Assembly (NCBI GenBank): GCA_951406725.2
Contig: OX597820.1
Span: 50,840,001 to 50,904,000, forward strand
DNA from: Octopus vulgaris
Taxonomy: Eukaryota
Direction of reading: 5' to 3'
DNA length: 64,000 nt
Below are positions 1-14,466 of the stretch, piece by piece (position 1 is the first letter of the stretch; the number at the start of each line of letters is the position of its first letter). The notes beneath the pieces are model-generated. The model did no database searches. It saw only the letters and a program-made list of their open reading frames with translations, and had not been told where the DNA came from. The position numbers were made by a program, and so were the translations under genes.

Positions 1-210
1 TCTGAGAAACCGATATGAGGCAACAATTAAAATCACTGTTATTCATAAGAAAATAAAGCAGTTAATTTGCAGAAGCCAAACTTACAATTAGTCAGCAAAC
101 GAAAATGGAAACCTGAAATAAACACTGAAATTTGAACAACTAATCAAAAATTGAGTCGTCACAGTTCTGGAGACCTGTGATGACAATTCAGCTTAAATAA
201 ATTTAATTCC

Positions 211-294
211 GTAATATATACATATCATACACCCACACATACATTCATACACACGCTCACACGCACGCACATACACACACATACACACACATAC

Positions 295-356
<62 letters not shown>
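211..356. repeat. Compound (CA)n/(CATA)n/(TA)n microsatellite
   Basis: Directly visible dinucleotide and tetranucleotide runs. Confidence 0.95.
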
Positions 357-360
<4 letters not shown>

Positions 361-410
361 GTAATAATAATTGAAGAAGTGGCTTGACACAATTTAAAAT
401 CAAAGAGGAA

Positions 411-1338
<928 letters not shown>

Positions 1339-1339
1339 A

Positions 1340-1500
1340 GTGCAGGAGTAGCAGTGTGGTAAGTAGCTTGCTAATGAACCACATGTTCCAGGGTTGAGTC
1401 CCACTGCGTGGCACCTTGGGTAAGTTTCTTCTACTATAGCCTCGCGGTGACCAAAGCCTTGTGAATGGAGTTGGAAGACGGAATCTGGAAGAGGCCCGTC

Positions 1501-1545
<45 letters not shown>

Positions 1546-1690
1546 TATATTTTTCTGTCTGTATTCACCCCCACCATCGCTTGACAAGTGATGTTCGTGT
1601 GTTTACATGCCTGTAACTTAGGGGTTCGGCAAAAGATATCGAAAGAATAAGTACTAGGCTTACAAAGAATAAGTCCTGGAAAAGAATTTG
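1340..1690 (+). mobile_element. tRNA-derived CORE-type SINE with internal (TA)n, resembling octopus OR-type SINEs
   Basis: A-box-like tagcagtgtggtaag, B-box-like gggttgagtccc, CORE-like ggcaccttgggtaagtttcttctactatagcc; homologous to 59490-59900. Confidence 0.75.
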
Positions 1691-1692
1691 TA

Positions 1693-2521
1693 TGTGGTCT
1701 GATCAATAAGTATCAGGAGTGTTGCCATAGTAACGATAGTAAAGCCGCTTGACACAGATTGACCTCCAGCTCTCCTATCCATGCGCATCGAGATTAACGT
1801 TCTTGTTCACTTTCACTGTCCACAGTATTGCTTGGAAAAATGGGGTGTAGCGCGTGATCGTCAATGACAGGGAAAGTTGAGCAGAGTATTTATATCAAAC
1901 TTTTGCCAAACGCTTGTCGATACCTGCTCGGAGGCCTACGCAATATTTTCAAGAAATTTTCATCGTTCTCAACACAATTAAGGAGTTCATCAGTAACCGA
2001 AACCCGAGTGTCTTTTGGTTAGCTGAAATGAGTTTTCGCACAAGCTTGACGGACTGGTGTCACACATACACAAATCCTTAGTGATAACGGACTGAGCTGA
2101 ACCGTAATTAATCTACACATCTTCTGCTAATTCACTGACGGTGATTTAACTATTTCCGCCTCAGAGCTCTACGCATAGCTACGAATGTTTTTCTCAGTTA
2201 TGCTGGTTGCGAGTCTTCCAGAATGTTCGTCAATATCTATATTGTTTCGGCCACTTTGGATACGTGTAAACCACTTGCACACCTCTGGGCAGTTCATACA
2301 TTCCTCTCCATACACTTTCTGCAACTTTGCGTAAGCCTGTGAGCTCATATTGCCAATGCGACGATCACACACCTTCCTCCCAAGCACTATTGTAAACAGC
2401 GGAAGTGAGGTAGAACGTTAAAAGGAAGCAGAGTTTAAAGTCAATCTTTGCCAAGCGGCTTTACTCTGCGTGATTTAGCTTCGTAACCATGGCAACAGAC
2501 CGTATAATTATTGAGCATATG
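1693..2521. mobile_element. Internally deleted, fold-back Tc1/mariner element
   Basis: Degenerate TIRs (gatcaataagtatcaggagtgttgccatagtaacga / tcgtaaccatggcaacagaccgtataattattgagc). Minus-strand ORF 2169-2387 (QAYAKLQKVYGEECM..VCKWF..GRNNI..HSGR) matches a mariner transposase N-terminal HTH. Confidence 0.75.
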
Positions 2522-2531
2522 TATAATGTTC

Positions 2532-2661
2532 GTGTGTGTCTGTTTGTCTCTCTGTCTATGTGCGTATGTGTTGTTGTATGTATGTATGTATGTATGTATG
2601 TACGTATGTATATATATATATATATATATATGAATGTTTGTATGTGTGTATGTATGTATGT

Positions 2662-2738
<77 letters not shown>

Positions 2739-2770
2739 TGTAAGTATGTATATATGTATATACACATACA
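2532..2770. repeat. (TATG)n/(TA)n microsatellite
   Basis: Visible runs. Confidence 0.9.
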
Positions 2771-3659
2771 GGAATGCAAATATGGGTACGTATACATATA
2801 TGTATAAGCATTATGTTAGATGGATTCCGAGAATCATGTGGTCATCACAGTAGTGTACTCGTTCGAACTCGGCTATCATCCCAGAAAGTAATGAGGTTCG
2901 AAATTAGCGTAATGTGACATGTCCATGTAATTAAAACCTAGAAAATTATGTGTGTGCCTGTGTGTGTGTATGTGTGCGTGTGTACGTGTGTGTGTATGTG
3001 TGTATGTGTGTATGTGTTTATAATGCTTTAAAATTATTATCCTCATCACGTAGAATTTCAATCTTGTGTAAAAGTTTCTGAAACAGAGCAAATCCGGCGT
3101 AGATGTGCATTGTTTTCTTATCAGTAACAATTGCACTGTAACGATGCCAACGCCATTGTATTAAGGTTCTAAATATCATATATTGAAGTAGCTTCTAAGA
3201 TAACTACTTTTTCCATTATCACTGGCTGTTTTCTCGACTCTAATGAGATATCACATTAAGCTCATTAAAACTCATCATTATGTATCATTAAGCTTTGTAT
3301 ATATTAAATTAAGTATTATTCACATCTTTAGAATGAATATTAAGTAAAAGATATCTTTTAGTATAAATGTTGTGTCTCTTAATTTATTTCTTCGCGAGTG
3401 TGTGTGAATATGCCCTGCTACTCTTTATCGGAAAAGTATGAAAAGTATATATTTTTTCTTTTGTGCCATATAAGCAGAACGAATCATAATACACTTAGGG
3501 TAATTTCTCGCAGACACTACAACATTCAGGAAGTGTTCACCGTATGCAATGCAGATCGGCAATATTTGACTTAGAGAATTTATATATGTGAGAAGAGAGC
3601 AATATTATCATGATATGAATTTATATTTGAAGCACATCTTGCAAAATGCTTAGCAGGGT

Positions 3660-3980
3660 TTCCTCCATCTGTGCGGTCTGATTTCCAATTCCGCTAATGC
3701 CGACTTTCACTTTCATAATTTCAAAGACGATAAATTAAGTGCTGAGGTCGATCTGATCGACTATACCCCTCACCACAGGCCTTGGAGAAAGGATTATTTT
3801 AAGCACGCCATGCAATACGCTTTGCGGAAATTCGTTCTTCTTTCCATTCTCAATTCACATTCCGCCGAGGTTGACTTTGCCTTTCATTGTTCTGGGACCG
3901 ATAAGTACCACTTGAAGTAAATTACTTGCTCTGTCCCCACGTTGTCCTTGTGCCAAAATACCAAGCCAATATTGCTTCAA
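3660..3980 (+). mobile_element. Two degraded fragments of the 18575-type SINE
   Basis: ttccgccgaggttgactttgcctttcat...gataagtacc core shared with 18575-18803. Confidence 0.65.
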
Positions 3981-4439
3981 GAATTTCAGTAACGACGAAA
4001 GACATGTTCGATAATTTTCTCAGTGAATCTAAGAACTGCACTACATATGCCGGCATGAGAATTACTGAATAAAGTTACTGTACATTAAACTGAATATTCA
4101 TGGAAAATTAGCATAATTAAAGAAAATGAATTAATGTTGTTAATTGCTCAGACTTCATCTGCATAAAAAATGAACAGTTGAGTAAAAAATTATCGTAGAT
4201 AATGGACATCTTCAATTACCAACGTTTTAAATAGTAACGTAGCAAGAATTTTATCGCGGTACAACCAACAGGATTAACATAATATGAGTCACTCAATTAA
4301 TATTCTCACCACAACACGGCGAAGGGACATTTTTAATTCGCATCATTAGGTATTTAATGAAGTGCATTAAGTACTTTTTCTACCACTATTCAAATACAAG
4401 CATACATAAAAAATATTTTCAGAATGAGTTAAAATTCAA

Positions 4440-6375
4440 AGGTTGTGAATGACTTTAGAACATTTATAAATAGAAGGTCTTACAGCTGTTTCCGAGATAT
4501 TTTATATATCCCTTCATCGGAGACGGTATGAGAAAATGGTTAAGCAATAGTTATTTTATATAAGATATGAAATAGAGAGTGAAGTGGAGGAATGGAATTA
4601 GACGTGAGACATGCAGGGATATTGCATCAGTAGATCCATTATTTAGGCAGAATTGTATACCTATAAGATTACTGTATCTTGTGTGTAAGTTCCAATAGTA
4701 TTTAAAATTGGTCAATCCAAGTATAGAATTTGTATACAGTGTTATTGAATCGAGGGTTTTATTTAAGTTGGGAATGTATTTGTAATGTCAAATCGAAAAC
4801 AGGAAGAGAGGAATAAGGAAAAAGAAAAAAGATAGAGGAGAAAGAAAAACAAATAAGAAAAGCAGGGAGAGAGATAATAAAGAGATGAAGGGAGAGAAAG
4901 TGTAGTTGTTAGTGGTCAGTTAAGATAAATTAATAGTAGAAATGGGGAGGTGACAGTGATAGAGAGAGAAAGATATGAACGTGTAGAAAGATGATAGAGT
5001 AAAGATTAAAGGAGTGTCAGATAGAAGGAATGGGGTGATAGAGAGAGAGAGAGAGGTATAATAGTGTAAAAAGTAAAGGAGTGTCAGGTATGTAGTGATA
5101 GAGTCTAAGTGAGAGGCAGAGATAGGGTAGGAGTAGTAAAATGATGGAATGAAGAATTTGAGACTATGAGATTGTTTAGAAATATCAGTGATTAGAAGTA
5201 GAAGAAAATATATATATGTGAATATGTATACACATACATGTATTAAACATGTTTATAGATATTTATACGTATCAACGTCTACACATACAACACGTACTCA
5301 TATGTATATGTACACCCATACATACGTGTATCTGTATGTATTATCGCCTCTGCACACACAGTTATATATACATTGCATACATACACACACAAACACATAC
5401 ACACACAAGCACACATGCACACACCCATATGTGTATGCACGCATATATACACGAATATAATTAAACGGTTGTAATATTCGAGTATGAAAGAGGAATTAGG
5501 GATTAGGAGTTAAAATGTAGATTTATAAGATTACCTAAGGGGTATTGTGGAAATATACTGTATGGTCATTTAGGCATTTGAATTTGTGGTAAAATTTGAA
5601 TGCGTGAAAAAAAGTGGTGGTTGCATGTGCTTAGTGCCTCATTATGTTTATTAAGCAGTGTTGGAGAGTTGTGCTTTAATATGTGAAGTGCCTCCTTCAG
5701 ACAAAGCTTGCATTTTAAGCGTTAACATTGGTTAGGAAGCCATTGAATCTAGTGTAGACCATGATGGAGTATAGGTTATATTTATATTTTTGAGATGATG
5801 TATGTGGTTAGCGAATGTGGTAGATTTACTATGTTTAACGTATCTAAAAGAATGGAGGTGAGCGGCATATCGTTCCTTAAAATGTGTGGTTGATCCTATG
5901 TATATGGTTGTATAGTTGTGTAATAGATTAAGGACAGTGCATTTGGAAATCACATTATATCTTCTGCAATGGGTTTATAACGGACAGGTGGTTCCAGGAC
6001 GGCAGTTACAATTAGGTGAATTTTCAGGGAATCTCTTCAGAAATGCAGGAGGTAATATTGTCAGAGGAGAGGTTAGAGAAGGGGGTAGAAAATCCTACAT
6101 TATTAGTATTATTAATGTTATCATTACCATCATTGCTATTATTATTACAAATCTTGTTATTAATTGTACTATTTGAAAGAATGGCAGAGATTTTGGTGAT
6201 GTTCTGAGCAGTGTCAGTAGGATGGGTTGGGTTGTGGTTGTGGTTGTAGTTGTGGTCCAATGTAAGGGTATCTGTGCTGGATTTGTGTGTATGTTGAGGG
6301 TTCGTATGACTAAAGTTGTAATTGTGAGAATTTCATAGTAAAGAGAAAGCTTTTGTTTATTAGAGGCTGCTACCA
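4440..6375 (-). mobile_element. Penelope-like element 3' remnant (GIY-YIG endonuclease plus HHR-bearing terminal repeat)
   Basis: ORF 5732-5953 IYIGSTTHFKERYAAH..FRY..ST.FANHI is GIY-YIG-like, preceded by CNC..CP-like codons. HHR at 4477-4524 lies downstream on the same strand. Confidence 0.75.
4477..4524 (-). ncRNA. Minimal type I hammerhead ribozyme (C3-C4 variant)
   Basis: rc: gtct CCGATGA ag ggatat..atatctc g GAAA cagctg TA agac; stem I gtct/agac, palindromic stem III CAGCTG. Confidence 0.7.
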
Positions 6376-6749
6376 AGGGCCCGGAACAGGGGGTGCAGCG
6401 GGTCCATCTGCACCCCTTGGAATTTTCAGGTGGTGCAAGATCAAAATTTCCACCCCTTACATAATTTTACCAGTTTCAGAAAATAGTGTCTAAAAATTTA
6501 TCTGTATAAGATGTTTGAAGCTAGATTTCGTTTCAAAACAAAAACAAAGAACAAAATTAAATAAATTAAAGTGATGAAGCTGAGCTTAAAATTACCATGG
6601 GAATTTATGACTGACCAGCTTCTGAAGCAAAGTAGCGTCAAAATAAAAGAAAAGGATGTGACAACAACAACAGTAGCAGCACAAAACAAGAACAACAGCG
6701 TGACCAGCTACTCTTCAATACATATCATAACTTGGATTCTTTAAGACAA

Positions 6750-6918
6750 AATTCGTTCGTCTTTACATTCTCAATTCAAATTCCGCCGAGGTTGACTTTG
6801 CCTTTCATTGTTTCGGGACCGATAAAGTACCACTTGAACACTAAGGTGATGTAAATTACTTGCTCTGTCCCCACGTTGTCCTTGTGCCAAAATTCCAAAC
6901 CAATATTGCTTTAAGAAT
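6750..6918 (+). mobile_element. SINE fragment, near-duplicate of 3828-3980
   Basis: Same core and the same diverged 3' sequence (aattacttgctctgtccccacgttgtccttgtgccaaaa). Confidence 0.7.
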
Positions 6919-9209
6919 AACTCTAAAATGGGTGTTGTATGTGTGTGGGTATGTATGTGTGTGTGTACTTAATGTTTTGTCAGGATTGGCTGGATGTTCA
7001 GAGATGCGAAATTAATTTCGATTTATAGAATCAGATTTCTCATGAACCGTAATTGTTTATAATCAACCATATCCAGCGGAAATGTATCATACCTATGATG
7101 AACCTTTTCGGCCAGGCCCCTCTTGTTCTGTAAATTTACATTGTAGTGTGTATATTCTATGTATTCCTGGTTTCATAGACGTTAATTCGAAATATAGGGA
7201 AGTGACAGTTGAAATCTCTAGCAAGATGACTTAGACCGTAGATGCTTCGTCGTTGACTTGTATACACTTTTCATGCGTTGGCTAAGCATTTTTATGTTGG
7301 ACTGTATAAATATCCTTCAACTTACAGTTTCACAGAAGCAAAGTATAATGTCTACATAGAAATTCACAACATACAATAACTGACCAATTCTATGCTGGAC
7401 TGTTTTGCAAGTAAAAAAATAGAATAAAATATTTCATGAGAGTTCAAAACGTAGGCACAAAAACAGCCATGTTTTAAAGTTACATTAACAGCTATGGTTC
7501 TATGTTCAATCTTACCCTGCAGGCGGCACATTTGGCAAAGGATCTCTATTACATCTTCGTGAAAAGAAAAAGAATCACTTGCCAGTAGACTGTGTTTGCA
7601 AGTAATTATAGAAACATGAAACCCATATGCATAGGCATATATGTGTGTATGTTGGTATGTGTGCGTATATACATAGAAATTTTCATTCAGTGTATTCCTG
7701 ATATAAGTAATAGGTGCTTTCCTCTTATTAAAGCGCTTCCTAATAAAACTGTGCGGATACAACTCAGTCAAAGTATCAACGAATTTTCAGATATAATGTA
7801 AATGCATTGAAATTATTAAGTAAATGCACTGAAATTATTTTGCTGGGCAGGAAGTACCATTTCAGAATTTTATGAAGCTGCTACATTAAGAAGATACTAT
7901 GATTTCATCAGGCCAGAAGAGGTAAAGTAATTTTGCTTTTATTAAGGGAACATTTTTTCCGTTTAAAATCTAAATAATGTTTCTGCGAGCAACATGTTTT
8001 GAGATTTAAAATCCAGTGTAATCATTGTTTTTATAGCTTTTTCTATTTTTTTCTCAGATTGATTTCAAACATTGCTATAAGACATCAAATTTTCTGTAAG
8101 AAAATAGTCGCACTTTATTTATCGATTATGAAGGATCAATGACAAAGCTAACCTCAGGTGAAATTTGAAATACCTAGTCTTAATTTAAAATCGTAAGTTA
8201 TTTTGTCCGATGCTAAATTTATTTAATGAGACACATATCTTCCGCCGTCTAAGATATATTTCTATTTCAAAACCACAATACTTTTCTGTATACTTATATT
8301 TCTCTTTAGATTCCTCGGAATGAGATAAACATATGACGCACAACGTACCTTTGCTCTTTGGAAAAGTTTGACAACGAAAGAAAAAGGGAACTGAAGAAAA
8401 GGCCATGACATAGTTACAAAACGGAGATGTGTCAGACATGTTAAAGTAAAGGGTTGTTAGAAGCCCATATGCAAGAAATAAGTATATTTTAATGACGGTC
8501 TTACTGTTCTTGGGGAACAGAAAGATTTATTCAATGCTGAAGTAGACGCACATATAAGAGCTACGGTGTCAGTTATACCGATATACACATTTAAATTGTA
8601 TACTCAAATTAACACTCACGCATAAGCATTGATACGGATACTAAGTACTATTATGATACGATTCCCATATATTTTCGCCTGTTGATCAGGATTGCTATAG
8701 TTGACGCTGCAGAAATATCACCCACGCCGATCACAATAAAATACTTCTATTTCTGTTGTTTCCTCGCTGATGAAAGTGTGCAATAGATATAGCATAGACG
8801 GTAATATAACACTATGATATTACATGCTGAATAGAAGATGGTATTTGCGTTAATTACCGTACCAAGCCGATTTATGTGTAAGTTCACATTAGCCATGGGA
8901 ATCACTTTCGCCGTGTAAAAGTAAAACTCGACCATTTGCAGTTTCTAACGCGTGTGTTGTTGGATCTGTTTGTCAGAATTCTGGAATTTTCAGCACTTTG
9001 TTCTACTTCACCGTTTGTGTCAGAATCGACCCCGATACCCTTTTAAGTTATCCCTTGCGGGTTATAAATTGATATGTTATTCCCTTTACTTTTTAACAAT
9101 TTAAGTACTCGTTTCTTATTTATTAGTTCGTGCCAATTCCCTTCTCATCCCATATGCTACAATGTATCATTCTAATATAACTGTATAGAAGGCGATGAGC
9201 TGGTGGAAG

Positions 9210-9978
9210 AAAACGATACCCGTGTACATCAAAAAACCTGTTATTAGAGCAAATTAGAAATAGTTTTAAGATTCTGTAACATTGGTAAATGTCTTCTGAA
9301 AAATAGAATATTACACCAGAATCTATGTAAATGGATCAGTGTGCATTGTGTATTAAGAAATTTTAAATACATGCGTAGATGTGTTTCGACCATCTTTGTA
9401 TTCTCAGTTCAAATTCCACTGACGTCGAATTTCAGAGGTTGATAAAATAAGTACCAAATGTAATCGACTCACTTCCTCCACCGAAATTCCTGACCTTGTG
9501 TCAAAATTTGAGGCGAATATAAGAATATAGTTAGTCAATGCGTTCTATCCTGATTTTTGCACTTCTCCATTTCATCTGGACATATATATAAATATAAATA
9601 TGTCTTATTAATTTTTCGTGCACCGCTGAAATTATTGTCCTGAAGGGAAAGGTAACCTTTATTATACCCTCCGCTGTGCATAACTCTGTTCGCATACAAG
9701 AAAGTAAATTCAAAAAGTACATTATGTTTCTACATATCAGATTGAATATAAATGGCCGAAGGATTTAAACGACGCACTTCATTATTCAATACATGAAAGG
9801 TATGTACATGGAAAAAAACGATACCCATGTACATCAAAAATCCTGCTATTAGAGCAGATTAGAGATAGTTTTAAGATTCTGTAATGTTGGCAAATATCTT
9901 CTCAAGAATAGAATATTACACCAAAATCTATGTAAATGGATCAATGTGCATTATATACTAAGAAAGCTTAAATACATG
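9210..9978. repeat. ~165-bp diverged direct repeat (9210-9374 and 9815-9978)
   Basis: aaaacgatacc..tacatcaaaaa..ttagagca..agttttaagattctgtaa..aatctatgtaaatggatca present twice. Confidence 0.85.
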
Positions 9979-10309
9979 AATCTCTTTCCCTTCTTCAAGT
10001 GTATTGATTACAAACATCATGCTGCAATTCATATTCTTTAAGTGATGTGATGTTTTTCTTGGGTAGTCTTCGAAACATCTTATACTGGATTCAATTTATT
10101 CTGAGACTGTTTCAGGTTTGGTCTGTCTAGAAGCTGTGATATATTTTCTCGATTAGTAAGTAATACTGTACCCTTACAAAAAATTGATACACGCACAAGA
10201 ACACGTCTACGTATGGATATATATTTGTATATAGTCATGTAAGTATGTATAAGTGTAGGTATATATATATACATATATATATACGAACATTAATGTATAC
10301 ATGTGTGTG

Positions 10310-10832
10310 TATGAGACATCCGACTCGGCAATGACACATCGGTTTCGCGGCAATTCCGCTCTACCGGTAACTCTTTGCAACACCTGCCAGTGTTCGGATT
10401 GTCTTTGCACAGGGGCCATCCGGACGCACTTTTGTGCCGTGAACATGGATTAATGTTCTCTCTTAGCTCCTTTGTGCAACATGGGCTCAACCCTCCTCTC
10501 CTCTTCATCTAACCTCCTCCCCTCCCCTCTCTCCACCTCATACCTACTTCCTTCCACCCACCTCTCCTCTCTCGCCCCGACTCCTACTTTATCTATGCAC
10601 TCCTACTCTCATTCTCTCTTCACTCTTATTCACCTTCTCCTTACCCATTCATCGTCACCAATCCCTTGTAAGCCACTACACATTCTTTATTTTCTCTCCT
10701 TGTTTCTTTGTGTGGAAGAGCATAAACTCGAAACGTTAAATACTTTTTCACTTTTTGAGCGTTATAATACTACATCTGATTATTGTCTACAGTACCTGTC
10801 TTCGTCTTTTGTTTTTTTTTGTGAATTCTCGC

Positions 10833-10835
<3 letters not shown>
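10310..10835 (+). mobile_element. PLE 3'-end relic (GIY-YIG C-terminus plus terminal repeat)
   Basis: Translation GNDTSVSRQFRSTGNSLQHLPVFGL...REHGLMFSLSSFVQHGLN fits a PLE endonuclease C-terminus. Downstream gaagagcataaactcGAAAcgt motif is shared with 45440-45575. Confidence 0.55.
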
Positions 10836-10882
<47 letters not shown>

Positions 10883-11001
10883 TTTGTATGTGTATGTGTG
10901 TGGAGGCGCAATGGCCCAGTGGACTCGCGGTCGTGCGATTGCAGTTTCGATTCCGACCAGCGATGTGTAGCAACATCTGATAGCCTGCTCGGTCACGTGA
11001 T

Positions 11002-11090
<89 letters not shown>

Positions 11091-14044
11091 ACATGCATGC
11101 ATATGTTTGTATCTGTACGTGTGTGAGAATAATCCGAGGATGGTCACCAATGGTGTAGTCGATATAGATTTTAGGATTGCGTTTAATGACTGGATTAAGG
11201 CGGATATTCACTGTTATAGAAAGAGAGAGGTAATACATTGCATTCTTCCTCATGTGAATGAGAGCGTAATGCGACAATAAATATATATGAGTATGTGTGT
11301 GTGTGTGTGTGTATACATACATACACAGGCACTTTATGCTTGCTTTAAAGGCCCTGACGCGATAGCAGTTTTAATATGGCTCTATAGCACATTAAATTTC
11401 TACACTGATGTTTCATAGGTAAGCATCTGTAAGATTACGAAGTTATGGATTAGGCTATAAGGTTGGTGGATATATTGTAATAAAATTGAAATATTAACAC
11501 GAACCACGTTATTGATATTTATAGCCCAGCATTTGTACGCTGTTTTCATTTATTTTACATTATTGTAAAACCATTTCATAAGCAACATGTAATCGTTCAT
11601 AATGTGATGGATTTATGAAAATTTCAAATCATTTAAGCTAAAGTGCGATTGAGGGATTCGGTATTCCGCTTCCCGTCATAATTTCACACACACAGATACG
11701 TTTATTGATATAAGATTCTATTAACATGCATCCATAGATAAATTCTATGCATACATATCAAACATATATCCATTGATAGTAACTATCATTGTTACATTGA
11801 AGAACATTTTTGCCTCACGTTTTTTTATCGTTTATTCCTCAACAACCTATACAGCTTGTGCTCATGATATATCCATTGTGAAGTATAAATACAATGTTGG
11901 GTGTAATAACTTGTTTGTTATATGCCTGCGTATTTATAAATTTGTTTATAATACAATAATTGTATTATTAATGAACAGCCTCTAAGCTAATCCTCGAAAT
12001 GAGATCTATACTTAACTCTTTGCATACATCACTATGTTAAATATTTATTAAAATGATATCAAGATTAATTATCTCTAAATAGATTAACAATCATGTTAAC
12101 TCTATCTCAGTCTTGTATCCTTACAAATGCTTCTGTTGTGCATGAACTGAACGACTGCCAACTTTCTTGAAACGCACACATATATACAAATATATTTATG
12201 TGTGCTTGTGTGTGTCTGTGTGTGTGAATTTACGTATATCTGCATACTATTTGCAAACAAGATTATCATTATTTTTCAGTTATGCGATTTTTGTTATTTC
12301 ATTCAATAACTGAGATTTAGATATTTTACAGTTAAACAGTTGCTTTTGCGTTTTCTGTTGCATTGAAAATATTCTCTCTTTTTCAGACAGCGTGGTCAAT
12401 TTGGTTGCTGAACTCCTCCTTAGATTTGTTATTTTTTACTCATTCTTCAGTCATACCTAACAATTTAGATGTAGTCCCTTCCTTCTGTCCTGCTATTCTG
12501 GTTTTCGTTAATTATTTATGTCTTTATATATGGATAATCCCTTCATTCTCTGATAAATGGCGTTATTTTCTGATGGGACTGATTCATCCATTTGACGGTA
12601 CTGCAATTCAACATATTCCTTGAAAACAATGTCCTGTCATTTAAGATTTATTTGCCTCTATGTATGGATTAAAAAATGCCAGTGTTTGATCGTTATTGGC
12701 ATTCTGCGTAACATTTATACCCCCATTTTTCGGTCGGTAATTAATAATACTCACATAACTTCAAGATTATAAGAAACCCAAATCTATCAGGTTTCTGAAA
12801 ATAGTAACTTTTGACTGAAACTGCATAACCAAAGAGAATGTTGTTAAATTTACCCATACTCTAAGTTTTATATAGTTATTTCATGAAATCTGCTTCAGCG
12901 CATACTTTAGTTAGCTTCCTTTAGAAAAGCTTTGATCTTGTACTGCAGTCAAGAATATTTCTTTCTCAACTTTGATTCCTGCACTTTTCAGCCGGTAGCC
13001 AGTGTTTTTATTTTCTTTCTGTATTTCCATTCTGTTCAGTTTTGCTTTTTTTTATGGGGAAGTTGAAGGTGTTGTCCACGTTTCTTAACATCACTTTAGC
13101 ATGACATACAGTGGCACTTAATTTTAGCATAGTTTTTACGTTCTCTGCACAACTTCTGCTGTTTCTGGTGTTTTCTTTTTACAGTTGCATGTCATTTCAT
13201 CCTTCGATGCTTTCTTGAAGACGAAAAAAGAACTTTGATTTGTGTTTTGTAGCTATTTATAATTACTTTTATATTATTCATCAATAGCTATTTTGTAGTC
13301 CTATAATAGATTCCATATAACATAAGAACCTTATATCCTTGCATTTATATGAATATAATCTTTCAACGTCAGGTTTTCTGTGGTGCACTCTAAATGCCGT
13401 TATTATTTAGTTATTGTTGACTAAATATTTGTCTTGTTTTGTTTTTTCGGTCTCAATCTTGTGAGTCCATTAGCGTCTTCTTGAGAATACTACGCATGTT
13501 GCGGGAAAAGCTAGCGTATTGATGCTAATTCTTTCAAGTATTAATCTAATATTCGATAATTTACTTTCTTAACGAATTCTTTTTCCATTTGCGAATGTTG
13601 TACACTCTCAAGTTCAGTGATTCCTAAGTGGAGGTAAGTCTCAGTTCTACGTATTCGTAAGCAGGATAATATATATGTTTATACGTGTTCTTTAATTTTT
13701 GTTTCCTTTCTTTTTGTACGATATTGTATTTTTCAACTCTTTAATGTGGGAATATCTTTAAGCGAGTGCGCAATTTCATTTGAGTAAACCCCTGGAGGTC
13801 AAAGAGTCCGACAACCCTACGGTTTTGTTTTTATACATGCAGATAACTTTCTTTCAAACAATTAGCGAGCTGTAAACATAGAACCACGTAAACGCCCGCT
13901 TTTGCGCTATCCAATGGGTAGTTACGTGATCTAGTAACTACTGAGGCCTACTCGCGATTTGAAAGAGTTGGAATTTTGCTCTCAATACACAGATCATAGC
14001 ATTTTGTTAAATCCATATATATATATATATATATATATATAAAC

Positions 14045-14330
14045 ATAATAAAGGCTCCCAAATAAGGAAGCAAGTGCTAGAAACACAAAGAGGGATAAAT
14101 TCATCAAAGGAATGAAAATTAAAAACATTTACCATTATAGATGTATCCCAGACTGATCAGTTTCTACCTCTTTCTAGCAAAACATACAGAATATGTTTGC
14201 CCAGGCAAGGTTCGTCAGTGGGTAGCCTTCTAAATCCAAGATGCACAGAGCGTTAGAGCGCATGCATTTGATGAATTTATCCCTCTTTGTGTTTCTAGCA
14301 CTTGCTTCCTTATTTGGGAGCCTTTATTAT
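14045..14330. mobile_element. Perfect 64-bp inverted repeat enclosing a hammerhead ribozyme (PLE/retrozyme-like mini-element)
   Basis: 14045-14108 is the exact reverse complement of 14267-14330; flanked by (TA)n tracts at ~14016-14040 and ~14430-14462. Confidence 0.8.
14144..14224 (-). ncRNA. Type I hammerhead ribozyme with canonical core
   Basis: rc: ccca CTGACGA acct..(gcaaacata/tatgttttgc hairpin)..aggt a GAAA ctgatcag TC tggg. Confidence 0.75.
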
Positions 14331-14425
14331 ATTGCTATACGAAAAATATATTGTCTAATGACTAACTCGTCTTTTGTGCTAGGCCACTGGTAATAATAAC
14401 TTATGTTATTACCCTTTTTAATTAT

Positions 14426-14466
<41 letters not shown>

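Noticed and set aside
6377-6480. GC-rich hairpin resembling a DNA-transposon terminus
   Set aside because: No matching second terminus or transposase found in the window
7851-7921. Candidate host exon (ag|..STISEFYEAATLRRYYDFIRPEE|gt)
   Set aside because: Short, no recognisable homology, and no partner exons identified
12300-13800. Possible ancient LINE relic on the minus strand (similar hints at 39700-41000 and 42200-43050 on +)
   Set aside because: Only faint motif remnants; too degraded to assign by eye
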